Positions 42,709 to 51,628 of a stretch of DNA of 64,000 nt are shown piece after piece; within the stretch, counting starts at the first letter, position 1; every line of letters starts with the position of its first letter. The notes under the pieces are model-generated. The model ran no database searches. It saw nothing but the letters and a program-made list of their open reading frames with translations, and had not been told where the DNA came from. The translations under genes and the position numbers were made by a program. The stretch comes from an uncultured euryarchaeote (GTDB taxonomy: Archaea; Thermoplasmatota; Poseidoniia; Poseidoniales; Poseidoniaceae). Location: positions 27,961-91,960 of the forward strand of contig CALBIL010000058.1 in NCBI GenBank assembly GCA_937892945.1, read 5' to 3'.

Positions 42709-45700
42709 AATTCAGTTCAATCAGTCTACTTTGGCAACGCTCCTCGTTTTACTTTTCATCGTCCCCTCCTTCTTACCAGTTGTTGGCGCAGATAGTGATG
42801 AAGAATCAACAACCAGTGGCCGTAATCCCCAACTCGACTTCTTTTTCCGAGGTGCTTTACAACTCAGCAACTCGGGCTCTTCTACGATTGGCAACAGTTT
42901 GTATCTCGAACCAGGTGAACACACGATCTCTGCAAATGTTTCAGCCACAGGCTCCGGAAGTGGGGAGTTTTGGTTAGTCCTCCAACACAAAGGATCTCCT
43001 ATCCTTGGATTTTCCGATATTACGACCGTTTCCATGGGCACACTCACCGGTACCGGCGGGACGACTGACCTTCCATCTGTTTCTTTTTCATGGAACGCTA
43101 CGACAGGTGCTGGACAAGAACTGAGGGTCAAAATTGTCTCAACGAATGAAGCTGGAGTTCAACTTGGAAACAATATCCAACCGCTTGGACTCGCTTTCTC
43201 GGTCGAAAACAAACATTTTGGAGAAGTTCTTGCGAACACCTTCCCGGAAACATCCCCCCTTAACTCGCAGATGACCTTATCCAATGCAATTCATCTGCTC
43301 AATGCTACTGTGACGAATTCTGGTGTCAAAGCCATTTCCGCTCAAATGACTATTGTGCTGCGAGATAATTCAACACCTGCAGTTACACAAACTCTCCTCT
43401 CCAATACCGTGACGTTACAACCAGGATCTTATCCTGCTTCGACCTTGACTATGCAAGATTCGGACGTCCTCAGCGTCAGTCTCGATGCATCTGCTTTGAC
43501 CGGTGTTTGGAATATTTCAGCAACCGTTACCTTTAGTGGTACGGCGTGGAGCGAGACGGCTTCTGTCAACGAAACATGGGTTAAGTTCTCAGATTATAAT
43601 GCGGTTGTTCTTGAACCATCTACGTTGATTGCTGAGCCTGGTGAATCAACCATCGTGACCTTTATTGTCAAGAACACTGGTGTTGCAAGTGACCTGTTTA
43701 CAATTTCAATGGCTGAAAGTGCTACTCCCGCTTGGACCACAGGAGTAGCGCCGAGTTTTGGAGCCACACTCACCCCAGGTTCAATCCGCCTCGTCACAGT
43801 GGCAGTGGATGTCCCAGCGTCCGCAGTACGTTCGGATACCAACAAGATTACGCTTACGTTTACATCTGTTGCCGGAGCCACCGATACCCCTGCTTCGAAT
43901 TATCAAATTATTGCGAGCGGAAGGGTCATGGTTGGCGATTTCTTCAATGGCACAGTCACCTTGACTCAAGGCCCACAACCCAAGCCAATTATTCCCGGTG
44001 GTGAAGCCACATTTGCCGCAGTCGTCGAAAATACCGGTAGTGTCGCAACAGCATTCACTCTTACAACTGGGCTTTCAGTGAATGCTCTCAATTGGACCGT
44101 CTCCGTTCAACCAGCAATCACTCCAGTGATTTCTTCAGGGGCTTCAACCATCGTACAAGTCACACTCACGGCTCCACCGATACAAAACCCCATTGTCACA
44201 AGTGAGCACAACATGGCATATGACCAACTCAATGTGTGGGTTCAATCTCAACCGATTGGCGGCGGTGTCCCCCACATCGATGAAGCACCCCTGAAAGTTT
44301 CACCGGTGATTACCGTCGACCCTGGCTTGAGTACTGAAGCATATACATTAACGGTCTCAGAACTTGAGGCAGCGATGACCGGTACGGTCTATTCAAAGCA
44401 CCCAGAACTTAATCTCCGGGTCCTTCATAACCTTCCGAATGCACTCCTCGCCGAAACTCTCGATGCAACGATCACGGTGGCCAAGAGCTTCACTGCCAGA
44501 AACTCCGGTGGTTTTAGTGAATCTCCACGATGGGATGTGTCGATTTCCAATCCGATTTATACTGGATTAACACCCGGGGAGAGTGCGGACACAACACTCA
44601 ATATCGCTGGACCACAAGCGGGGCAATATCCGCTTGCTGGAACGTTTACGGCTGCAGTCACCGTCACTCCAACCCTCAGTGCACCTTTGAGTGGAAGCGG
44701 AGTAACAGCGGTCCCAATCACTCAAAATTACGACCTAATCATTCCATCAATTATACGAGGGACCTTCCTTGAATCCGGCCCATATGACATTCCAGTTGGC
44801 ATTGATAACGCCATTCCTATGAATTTTGCAAATCTCGGAAACGATGCAGGTTCTTTTCGACTCCGTGTCGTCAACAACCTTCCCGAAAATTGGAGTGCTA
44901 ACTTCAGTGACACCGATTCAGTAATCAGTAATCTCACAGCAGATATTGCGGACGGAACAATCGATTCAGGTATCCCTGGTGGCAACATCACACATACGCA
45001 AAGAGTCACATTCAATGTAAAGACTGATTCATTAGCTCCTGCTGGATTGGAGCAACCAATTACGGTCCGTATTGAAGACCCTCTCTCAGGTCAACTCATT
45101 GGTGATGAATTCGAGTTTATTGTGAAGGTTGGGCAAATATTCAACGCCACATTGTCTCCAACAAATCAAACTCAACACATGGATGTCTCGGAAGAAACCT
45201 TCACTTCAGTCTACATTCGAAATACAGGCAATGCACCTGCCGACTTTACGATTACACTCGACACCTCATTGGCAGGAGCAGTAGACTTTGAAATCGAATC
45301 ACCAACCAATTCAAAGATCTTTATCGCAGCAGGCTATGAAGAAGCAATCCGAATTAAAATGACTGCGAATCCAGGAGCGAATGCCGATGGATTCTACATG
45401 GCGACAGTCCAAGTTTCTGCGAACGATGGCCAAATTTTACTCTCCTCGAACTTGGTCGCTAATATCTCCGAATTACATAGTTTCAGTATCACCGCGCCTT
45501 CACAAATGTCTGTGACGCCTGGCCTGCTCGAAAAGGTGGACTTCGAAGTCATGAACAATGGCAATTCACTCGAAACGGTAACCATCGAGTTCGCAGTTGA
45601 AAACATGACCCTTTCAGTTGACGGTGGAATTCCTTCGAATCTCGTTTCAATGACTCAAACGATTCCAATTGGTGGTTCCATTTCGGACCAAGTTTTTGTC

Positions 45701-47746
45701 TATGTTCCAAGTCTCGGCGGAGTTACTTCGTTAGCGGAAGGAGATTCCTATGACCTCACTATTACTGTCAAGAATTTGACTTCTGGAGTGCCTTATGAAG
45801 GCGAAAGAAGAGTTGAATTATTGGTTCAACCTCTGTTCATTGTCGAATCAAATGATTGGCCTTCGACAATGGAATTCCGGCCAGAATCTGACCGTACATG
45901 GGAAGTGACACTAACCAACACCGGAAACCAAGATGTTACGGTGTATGCAACCTATGCGATTACCCGTCCTGGGCTTTCAAATTTGTCTGCGGATTGGGAA
46001 ATGGTCACAGAATCTTCACAGATTTATCTTGCACGAAACATTCCAACTGTTCACACCTTCACTGCCGTGGGGACTGTTGCTAATCCTCTCTTGTCGTTGA
46101 CGGCTGACCTCACATTGTACCTTTCTCCGGTGAATACTTCTGTCGAAGGGGAAGGGGAATTCACCTCACAATTGATTATGTCACGTTTCTTCTCTACTGA
46201 AGACATCGGTATATCTCCGAATGATGATGATGGTCCAATTGATCTCGACATCAAGTACACTCATATCCCAGTTGGCAATGGTTCTGATGTTGCCTACCAG
46301 GTCGAATTATGCAACTCTGAACGACTGAGAGACATCACTGCTCTCGGGCAAAATCCATTGAATTACTCTTGGGACTTTACCCTTGTTGAAACAAGGCAAG
46401 ATGGCACAACCGTTGATCATGCCTTGGATTTAGAGCAAGAATGTGGGAGCACTTCTCTTGGCCCCACATCGCGATATAACCTCCCGTTACAATCGCCTTG
46501 GAATCCTTCATCATTTGCCATCCGAGCAGATATCCCGGAACGAGGGAATATGCTACCCGGCGATGGATGGGACTTGACATTCCGTTTGTATCATCCAGAT
46601 GAAAACTCAAATTACACTCAGTATGATGAAGAAACGTTCACACTCGTTTTGGCAGTGTTTGCAGATCCGGCCGTCATAAGTATTACTTCTTCCAACGAGT
46701 TCGTTGAAGGCGCAGAAAGTATAGTTTCTGTACTGGTTCGAAACCTTGGTTCAGCAAAAGCTCTCGATACGATGGTTTATCTCGAATGTGATGGAATGAT
46801 TGTGTCCACTGAAACGGACAAAACCCCTCGCCTTTTCGCTGGAAGTGTTACAGGTGGTTTGCCCCAAGTCATGATTAAAGAATTTGATCCAGGTGAAAGA
46901 ATCACACTCCAATGGTATGTTACAGCCGATACGGTTGACTGGTGGTCACAGTCCTCTAAAGCCAAATGCACAGCATCGGTTAACGCATCATATATGGTGA
47001 ACAATGTTGAAATGAACGATCAAAAGTCACTCACTTCTGAAGTTTCTTCGTGGTCTCCAGGTGTTTCAAACAGTTTCATTGCCAGTATTGCATGTTTGCT
47101 TGTATCTTTCATCCTGTTCCGTCTCACTGCTCAAAACGATAATTTCCGTTTGCTTGGAATTTATTCAGGAGTTCTTGGTCTCGGCTTTTCATTCCATCTC
47201 TTTGATGAATTTTGGTGGGGCTTCATTGTCCTTGGAATCTCAGCGCTTTGGATTTGGAGAGTCAGTTGGGGCAGTACTGAGGAATTCAGGTTACTCCACG
47301 AAGATTACCAACGTGCACGCAAAGGGGTATCTACCTTGTATACCGATCACTTTGATGGATTGAAGAAAACCCGTCGCCAACTCAGTGTGATTTTGGCTGT
47401 GCCGGTACTCGGAATGCTTGCTGTTGTTCTTGGAATCCCTCCAAAAATCCCAGCCGACCAAACGAACTTGATTAGTCTCGTAGCATATGTTACAGTCATC
47501 ATTGTTGGAGTTTGGATTCTCATCAAGCGAGCAGACACTACCTACGGCTCCTTGTATGGCCGTCTTACAGATCTTGAAGTGAAGTCCATACGTCTTGAAA
47601 GGGACCTTGGCGACCCTGCTCGTCTGTTTAACGAACTTGCATCTGATGGATTGAATCTCGACGAGATTTTTGGTGATGTTGAACCTTCAAGAGCAGGAAT
47701 TTCAGAAGGCGTTTTCTCTAACGAGGAGGTGATGGATGATGTCTGA
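42692..47746 (+). CDS. Giant (~1680-1719 aa) envelope protein with a signal peptide, at least 8 CARDB/NEW3-like beta-sandwich repeats, a five-helix polytopic membrane anchor and a 73-aa cytoplasmic tail.
   Basis: Repeat signatures are TVTNSGVKAISAQMTIVL, TFIVKNTGVASDLFTISM, AAVVENTGSVATAFTLTT, FANLGNDAGSFRLRVV, VYIRNTGNAPADFTITLD, FEVMNNGNSLETVTIEFA, VTLTNTGNQDVTVYATYA and VLVRNLGSAKALDTMVYLE. There are many N-x-S/T sequons. Five TM helices lie at nt 47075-47524. The start is uncertain. GTG 42692 gives M-RHLLKIQFNQSTLATLLVLLFIVPSFLPVVGA/DS, a good signal peptide. Alternatives are TTG 42731, ATG 42608 and TTG 42587; the last two overlap the upstream gene by about 100 nt or more. Confidence 0.8.
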   Translation: MRHLLKIQFNQSTLATLLVLLFIVPSFLPVVGADSDEESTTSGRNPQLDFFFRGALQLSNSGSSTIGNSLYLEPGEHTISANVSATGSGSGEFWLVLQHKGSPILGFSDITTVSMGTLTGTGGTTDLPSVSFSWNATTGAGQELRVKIVSTNEAGVQLGNNIQPLGLAFSVENKHFGEVLANTFPETSPLNSQMTLSNAIHLLNATVTNSGVKAISAQMTIVLRDNSTPAVTQTLLSNTVTLQPGSYPASTLTMQDSDVLSVSLDASALTGVWNISATVTFSGTAWSETASVNETWVKFSDYNAVVLEPSTLIAEPGESTIVTFIVKNTGVASDLFTISMAESATPAWTTGVAPSFGATLTPGSIRLVTVAVDVPASAVRSDTNKITLTFTSVAGATDTPASNYQIIASGRVMVGDFFNGTVTLTQGPQPKPIIPGGEATFAAVVENTGSVATAFTLTTGLSVNALNWTVSVQPAITPVISSGASTIVQVTLTAPPIQNPIVTSEHNMAYDQLNVWVQSQPIGGGVPHIDEAPLKVSPVITVDPGLSTEAYTLTVSELEAAMTGTVYSKHPELNLRVLHNLPNALLAETLDATITVAKSFTARNSGGFSESPRWDVSISNPIYTGLTPGESADTTLNIAGPQAGQYPLAGTFTAAVTVTPTLSAPLSGSGVTAVPITQNYDLIIPSIIRGTFLESGPYDIPVGIDNAIPMNFANLGNDAGSFRLRVVNNLPENWSANFSDTDSVISNLTADIADGTIDSGIPGGNITHTQRVTFNVKTDSLAPAGLEQPITVRIEDPLSGQLIGDEFEFIVKVGQIFNATLSPTNQTQHMDVSEETFTSVYIRNTGNAPADFTITLDTSLAGAVDFEIESPTNSKIFIAAGYEEAIRIKMTANPGANADGFYMATVQVSANDGQILLSSNLVANISELHSFSITAPSQMSVTPGLLEKVDFEVMNNGNSLETVTIEFAVENMTLSVDGGIPSNLVSMTQTIPIGGSISDQVFVYVPSLGGVTSLAEGDSYDLTITVKNLTSGVPYEGERRVELLVQPLFIVESNDWPSTMEFRPESDRTWEVTLTNTGNQDVTVYATYAITRPGLSNLSADWEMVTESSQIYLARNIPTVHTFTAVGTVANPLLSLTADLTLYLSPVNTSVEGEGEFTSQLIMSRFFSTEDIGISPNDDDGPIDLDIKYTHIPVGNGSDVAYQVELCNSERLRDITALGQNPLNYSWDFTLVETRQDGTTVDHALDLEQECGSTSLGPTSRYNLPLQSPWNPSSFAIRADIPERGNMLPGDGWDLTFRLYHPDENSNYTQYDEETFTLVLAVFADPAVISITSSNEFVEGAESIVSVLVRNLGSAKALDTMVYLECDGMIVSTETDKTPRLFAGSVTGGLPQVMIKEFDPGERITLQWYVTADTVDWWSQSSKAKCTASVNASYMVNNVEMNDQKSLTSEVSSWSPGVSNSFIASIACLLVSFILFRLTAQNDNFRLLGIYSGVLGLGFSFHLFDEFWWGFIVLGISALWIWRVSWGSTEEFRLLHEDYQRARKGVSTLYTDHFDGLKKTRRQLSVILAVPVLGMLAVVLGIPPKIPADQTNLISLVAYVTVIIVGVWILIKRADTTYGSLYGRLTDLEVKSIRLERDLGDPARLFNELASDGLNLDEIFGDVEPSRAGISEGVFSNEEVMDDV
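47725..47735 (+). promoter_or_regulatory. Near-perfect Shine-Dalgarno site for the proline-rich protein gene, embedded in the last codons of the giant gene.
   Basis: GGAGGTGATGG lies immediately before ATG 47736, with the GGAGG core 6 nt upstream. This closely matches the canonical complement of the 16S rRNA 3' end (GGAGGTGATC). The two genes overlap by 11 nt. Confidence 0.6.
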
Positions 47747-48845
47747 CTTGAATTCTGCTGATTTAACCTCTGAAGAAAAGAACAGCGATGTATTACCTCA
47801 ATTCGAGGACGGGATAGATTCAACACCACCCCCGCCACCTTCATCCGACACACCACCCCCGCCACCTTCATCCGACACTCCACCTCCGCTTCCACCAGGT
47901 GCTACTGACCATTCCTCGGCGGATTCCCAACTCAATGAAGAAACATTGTCAAGCATGTCTGAAGAAGCCATCGAAATGTCTCAACAACTCGAAACTCTCG
48001 TGATGGGCGTTGCTCAAGATGACACAAACTCACTTGCAGGTACAGAACTTGAAATTGGGGCTGCAAGGAGATTTTTACATTCGCACAATCTTCGCCGGGC
48101 TATGGCGAGTGTTAAAAATGCAGAACTGTCACTGGTTGAACTTGAAGAAGATGTCTTGTACCTTCGACGAAACATTGCCATGTTACACCGATTGCTGAAT
48201 GAGAAGAAGGTGAGTGAACACGATATTGAAACGATTCTTCTCCGACTTCGCAGCGCCACTGGTGCTGCTGAAATTGGTGATGTAGGCGGCGCAGCAGGGG
48301 AAGTTGAATACCTCGTCGATGATTTGATCGGGGGAAATACTTCGACGCTCAACCCGTTCCTCTTCCGTCATTTTTGGATGGGACTGGAAACACGATGGCC
48401 AGCGGGCGGAGATGAAGGCGTACTTGTTGTTCGTATCATCAACGACGGTCCGGTGGCTATGCCACCAATGCGTCTTTCTCCACCAGTTCCTGAAGGATGG
48501 ACCTCAATTCCAGCCTCTGTCGACCTTCCGACCATCGCACCTGGAGGAAACCTCCCTGTCCGATTCAATGTGTCAACGAACCGTCGTCAATCTTCAGATG
48601 AAATACCCCTCTCACGAAAACTAGCAATAACGACTGGCTATGAAATACGTACCGGTGAAGTCTTCATTACCATCCGAGCTCAGAACCGCTCAATGGAACC
48701 TCTTTCAGATATTCTTCTTTCTCCATGGTTCCCACCCGGTTATACTTCCGATACTATTCCTTTCGTGGAACGTCTTGTTCCTGACGAAGTGGCGATTATT
48801 CGAATGCCCCTTCGCATCAACATGAAATCAGGAGGTACTTCCTGA
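47736..48845 (+). CDS. Proline-rich / coiled-coil protein with a C-terminal beta-rich (CARDB-like) domain. Hypothetical, with no signal peptide or TM.
   Basis: The acidic N-terminus is followed by TPPPPPSSDTPPPPPSSDTPPPLPP. A heptad-like helical segment reads ELSLVELEEDVLYLRRNIAMLHRLLNEKK. The C-terminus reads VLVVRIINDGPVAMPP...PGGNLPVRFNVS...VAIIRMPLRI. Confidence 0.65.
   Translation: MMSDLNSADLTSEEKNSDVLPQFEDGIDSTPPPPPSSDTPPPPPSSDTPPPLPPGATDHSSADSQLNEETLSSMSEEAIEMSQQLETLVMGVAQDDTNSLAGTELEIGAARRFLHSHNLRRAMASVKNAELSLVELEEDVLYLRRNIAMLHRLLNEKKVSEHDIETILLRLRSATGAAEIGDVGGAAGEVEYLVDDLIGGNTSTLNPFLFRHFWMGLETRWPAGGDEGVLVVRIINDGPVAMPPMRLSPPVPEGWTSIPASVDLPTIAPGGNLPVRFNVSTNRRQSSDEIPLSRKLAITTGYEIRTGEVFITIRAQNRSMEPLSDILLSPWFPPGYTSDTIPFVERLVPDEVAIIRMPLRINMKSGGTS
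47823..47897 (+). repeat. 27-nt tandem repeat: two perfect copies plus a degenerate third, encoding (TPPPPPSSD)n.
   Basis: acaccacccccgccaccttcatccgac occurs at 47823-47849 and again, identically, at 47850-47876. It is followed by actccacctccgcttccacca. Confidence 0.9.
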
Positions 48846-48893
48846 ATTCTATCCTATTCCCCCCTCATATGGGAGGTTACAACAGGTGAACTT

Positions 48894-49469
48894 ATGAAAG
48901 AAAATACAAACGAAAAAAGCGATACTCTCGCAGCGATTGGTATTGGTGCCATGATTGTCTTTATCGCATTGATTCTGGTTGCCGCAGTTGCTGCAGCAGT
49001 TATTATTCAAACCGCTGAGAAGTTGCAACAAAATGCTCAAACAACCGGGGCTGAGACAACCGATATGTTATCATCGAAAGTTCTTGTAATGAGCGTTATA
49101 ATCCCTTCAGCAGATGCATTATACATCACTTTTGAACTGGCACCTGGTTCCTCTAATATGGACCCTCGTGATGTTGATTGGTCTATCATTTGTCAAAGAG
49201 ACACTGATAACAATGGAGTCCCTGACGCAGGAGGTGCAGAATACGGCACATTTGCAGCAGCATCCACTGTTGGATCAGCAGCAGCAGTCAACGGTTTGTT
49301 AGTTGCTCACACGACCTATGATATCATAATTCCAGCAGGTGATTTAACCAATTGTCCTCCTGCACAAAATGAAGACCACACCCTTTTGATACAATCTCAA
49401 GCAGGTGGTTTCACATTTGAAACACTGAATTATGGTTCAGATGTTACTTCAGGGGCGGTGGTCGTATGA
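48894..49469 (+). CDS. arlB: Archaellin (archaeal flagellin) 1.
   Basis: It has a class III signal and the conserved hydrophobic N-terminus AAIGIGAMIVFIALILVAAVAAAVIIQTAEKLQQNAQTTG. Length is 191 aa. An AGGTGA Shine-Dalgarno site lies 4 nt upstream. Confidence 0.9.
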   Translation: MKENTNEKSDTLAAIGIGAMIVFIALILVAAVAAAVIIQTAEKLQQNAQTTGAETTDMLSSKVLVMSVIIPSADALYITFELAPGSSNMDPRDVDWSIICQRDTDNNGVPDAGGAEYGTFAAASTVGSAAAVNGLLVAHTTYDIIIPAGDLTNCPPAQNEDHTLLIQSQAGGFTFETLNYGSDVTSGAVVV

Positions 49470-50092
49470 AGAGAGAATCACAAGACATTCAAGATGACAA
49501 GTTTGCAGCAATTGGTATCGGTGCAATGATTGTCTTTATTGCACTCATCTTAGTTGCAGCAGTTGCAGCAGCCGTTATTATTCAAACAGCTGAAAAACTC
49601 CAACAGAATGCACAAACAACCGGTGAAGATACCTCGAAAAACTTGGCTGGAAAACTCTTGATCAACGCTGGGTTTGTGGCAACCGGTGCACCCGGTGCAC
49701 CTGCTAACTACGATGCTGAGGACGCATACACGCTGTATGTTCGTCTCGCACCAGGCAGTAAGCCAGTGAAAATCAATGAAATTAGTTTCCAAATCATGTG
49801 TGACAGTGGTATCATCGAAGGTATCTTTTCAATTGGTCAAGCAGGCGATATCGCACTGTTGGACCAAGGCGACGGTGCCGTTCTTGGTGGGACCACGGAA
49901 CTCCAACCGGGTCAACCATACGTTCTTTGGATCGATGCTGACCAAGATGGGATTGATTGTTCCGCTAACAATCTCAATGCGGCCAATGTTCGAGACACAA
50001 CCATTCAACTCTACATTCACGTAGGAACAGGTGGAACAACTTACGAAGTTCTTACCCTTGGTTCAGATGTTGCTGGCTCAGAGGTGATTTGA
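49466..50092 (+). CDS. arlB: Archaellin 2.
   Basis: The 40-residue N-terminal segment is identical to archaellin 1, while the variable domain is diverged. Length is 208 aa. Its start overlaps the archaellin 1 stop by 4 nt (ATGA). Confidence 0.9.
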   Translation: MKRESQDIQDDKFAAIGIGAMIVFIALILVAAVAAAVIIQTAEKLQQNAQTTGEDTSKNLAGKLLINAGFVATGAPGAPANYDAEDAYTLYVRLAPGSKPVKINEISFQIMCDSGIIEGIFSIGQAGDIALLDQGDGAVLGGTTELQPGQPYVLWIDADQDGIDCSANNLNAANVRDTTIQLYIHVGTGGTTYEVLTLGSDVAGSEVI

Positions 50093-50133
50093 GACTTCTT
50101 TGCTTCGGCTTAGAATGTTAAGGAGGAATATGT

Positions 50134-50973
50134 ATGGCATGGCCTTTTAGTAAAAACACCGCTCAAAACCAAGACGCGGACGCTGCTCTTACGGAAGAAC
50201 GCCTCAAGATAATGGCAAACATTGCCATTGAACAGGTGCCTCTTCCCGAGGAAGGAGAACTCAACGCAGAAGATGCGTGGACCATCAGCCCTGGACTTAC
50301 CATGGCTCGTCTCAACAGCATTGGTAGCGTACCAACTGTTGCTGCATCTCTTTCAACCGTTGCTGCAGCTCCTACCCAAGTGAACACAACCGTGGACACT
50401 TCTGGACTTGAACGCTTGATCAGTAATCGTCTCGACATGGTTGAAGACGTTTTACGAATGGTAGAAGTTCGATTGAGTGAAGCTTCGGCTGGCGCTCAAG
50501 ATGCTGAGTCACATTCAGAAGATGGTGGTGAACATTCCGTTCACTCCGGTGATACAATTATCACTGCTTCTGGACAAACAATCAGCGCATCTGGTACTGA
50601 AAGAATGATGGGAACCGATGAGGCTCCACTTGTTGAACTGTATGAAGCACAAGCTTTGGCTGCAAATCCATTTTTGCACGCCCCTTCATTTGGTGCAACT
50701 ACCGAAGCAAATCAAGTGGGGGCGCCTACAATTTCAGCCCTCTTACTCGACAACATGTCGGGCATGGCAGCAGTTAGTTTTGCTCAAAAAGCAATGGCTT
50801 CCGGTATGCTTTCCGACGATGAAGGTCGAAAGGTACTCGCAATTGTTCAACTTGCAGAACCAGGACAATCAGAAGCAGCTCTCGATGACCATTTGACACA
50901 CAAGGAGTTGCTTACGTTTTCATCGCTTGTAAGTTCATGGCGAAACGTGAAATCACTTCGAGGTGAAGTCTGA
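50134..50973 (+). CDS. Acidic Ala/Ser/Thr-rich soluble protein in the operon position normally occupied by ArlC/D/E. Hypothetical.
   Basis: The 279-aa ORF has no TM and an AAGGAGGA Shine-Dalgarno site 6 nt upstream. One helical segment, LERLISNRLDMVEDVLRMVEVRLSE, is present. I see no recognisable FlaD/E signature. Confidence 0.6.
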   Translation: MAWPFSKNTAQNQDADAALTEERLKIMANIAIEQVPLPEEGELNAEDAWTISPGLTMARLNSIGSVPTVAASLSTVAAAPTQVNTTVDTSGLERLISNRLDMVEDVLRMVEVRLSEASAGAQDAESHSEDGGEHSVHSGDTIITASGQTISASGTERMMGTDEAPLVELYEAQALAANPFLHAPSFGATTEANQVGAPTISALLLDNMSGMAAVSFAQKAMASGMLSDDEGRKVLAIVQLAEPGQSEAALDDHLTHKELLTFSSLVSSWRNVKSLRGEV

Positions 50974-50974
50974 C

Positions 50975-51619
50975 ATGGGTGCTTCGGTCGGGGTTGGAGG
51001 TCTCATTATTGGGATCTCTATGTTGATGGTCTTTTCAATGGCCGTCACAACGTTGAGCAATCAAACGGCTACCTCGCTGGAAGCCATTGAATCCGCTCAA
51101 CAACCTGACCCAATCATCACGATTGATAATGCTAATTTTATACCAATTGCCGTGCATTCAATTGATGTCATCTTTGGAGGTACAACCAGCAGTTATGTGG
51201 ACGGTTTTCTCACGTCTCCAAGTTGTCCTGGATTTAGTGCAAGTTTCACAGTTCTCAATGGTGTCATTGAAGACAGTGTCGTCATTGTAAATTCAGGTAG
51301 TTGTTCCGTTATCCCTGCTGATGTCACGGTTGATGCCCAGGCCGATGCAGGTGCGACATTCGATGTATTCACACAGAGTTACCTTTTTGCGAATGTGACG
51401 AACGGTGGTACTGAAACGATTCCAACAGACAGTGCTTGGCTCTTCTTTGATGGTATGTCACCTCAAACGCTTGCATCTGCAAGTTTTGTTGTCCAAGATT
51501 TTGACAACTGGTTTTCTGGCGAAACGATTGAAATCTTTTGGGACAATGCCAATCAGCATACTCGATTGAGTTTAACCGTTGATGAAACAAGTGTATCTCG
51601 AGCAATTACATCCATCTGA
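50975..51619 (+). CDS. arlF: ArlF (FlaF)-like archaellum protein.
   Basis: The archaellin-like hydrophobic N-terminus is MGASVGVGGLIIGISMLMVFSMAVTTLSNQ, followed by a beta-rich domain. It sits directly upstream of arlG-H-I-J. A GAGGTGAAG Shine-Dalgarno site lies 6 nt upstream of ATG 50975. The assignment rests on synteny plus N-terminal architecture. Confidence 0.65.
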   Translation: MGASVGVGGLIIGISMLMVFSMAVTTLSNQTATSLEAIESAQQPDPIITIDNANFIPIAVHSIDVIFGGTTSSYVDGFLTSPSCPGFSASFTVLNGVIEDSVVIVNSGSCSVIPADVTVDAQADAGATFDVFTQSYLFANVTNGGTETIPTDSAWLFFDGMSPQTLASASFVVQDFDNWFSGETIEIFWDNANQHTRLSLTVDETSVSRAITSI

Positions 51620-51628
51620 GGGGTTTGA

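Noticed and set aside
48846-48893. A dedicated strong promoter for the archaellin genes in the 48-nt spacer.
   Set aside because: There is no convincing TATA/BRE element, only Shine-Dalgarno-like GGGAGGT and AGGTGA. A promoter may lie inside the upstream gene's 3' end, which I cannot decide from sequence alone.
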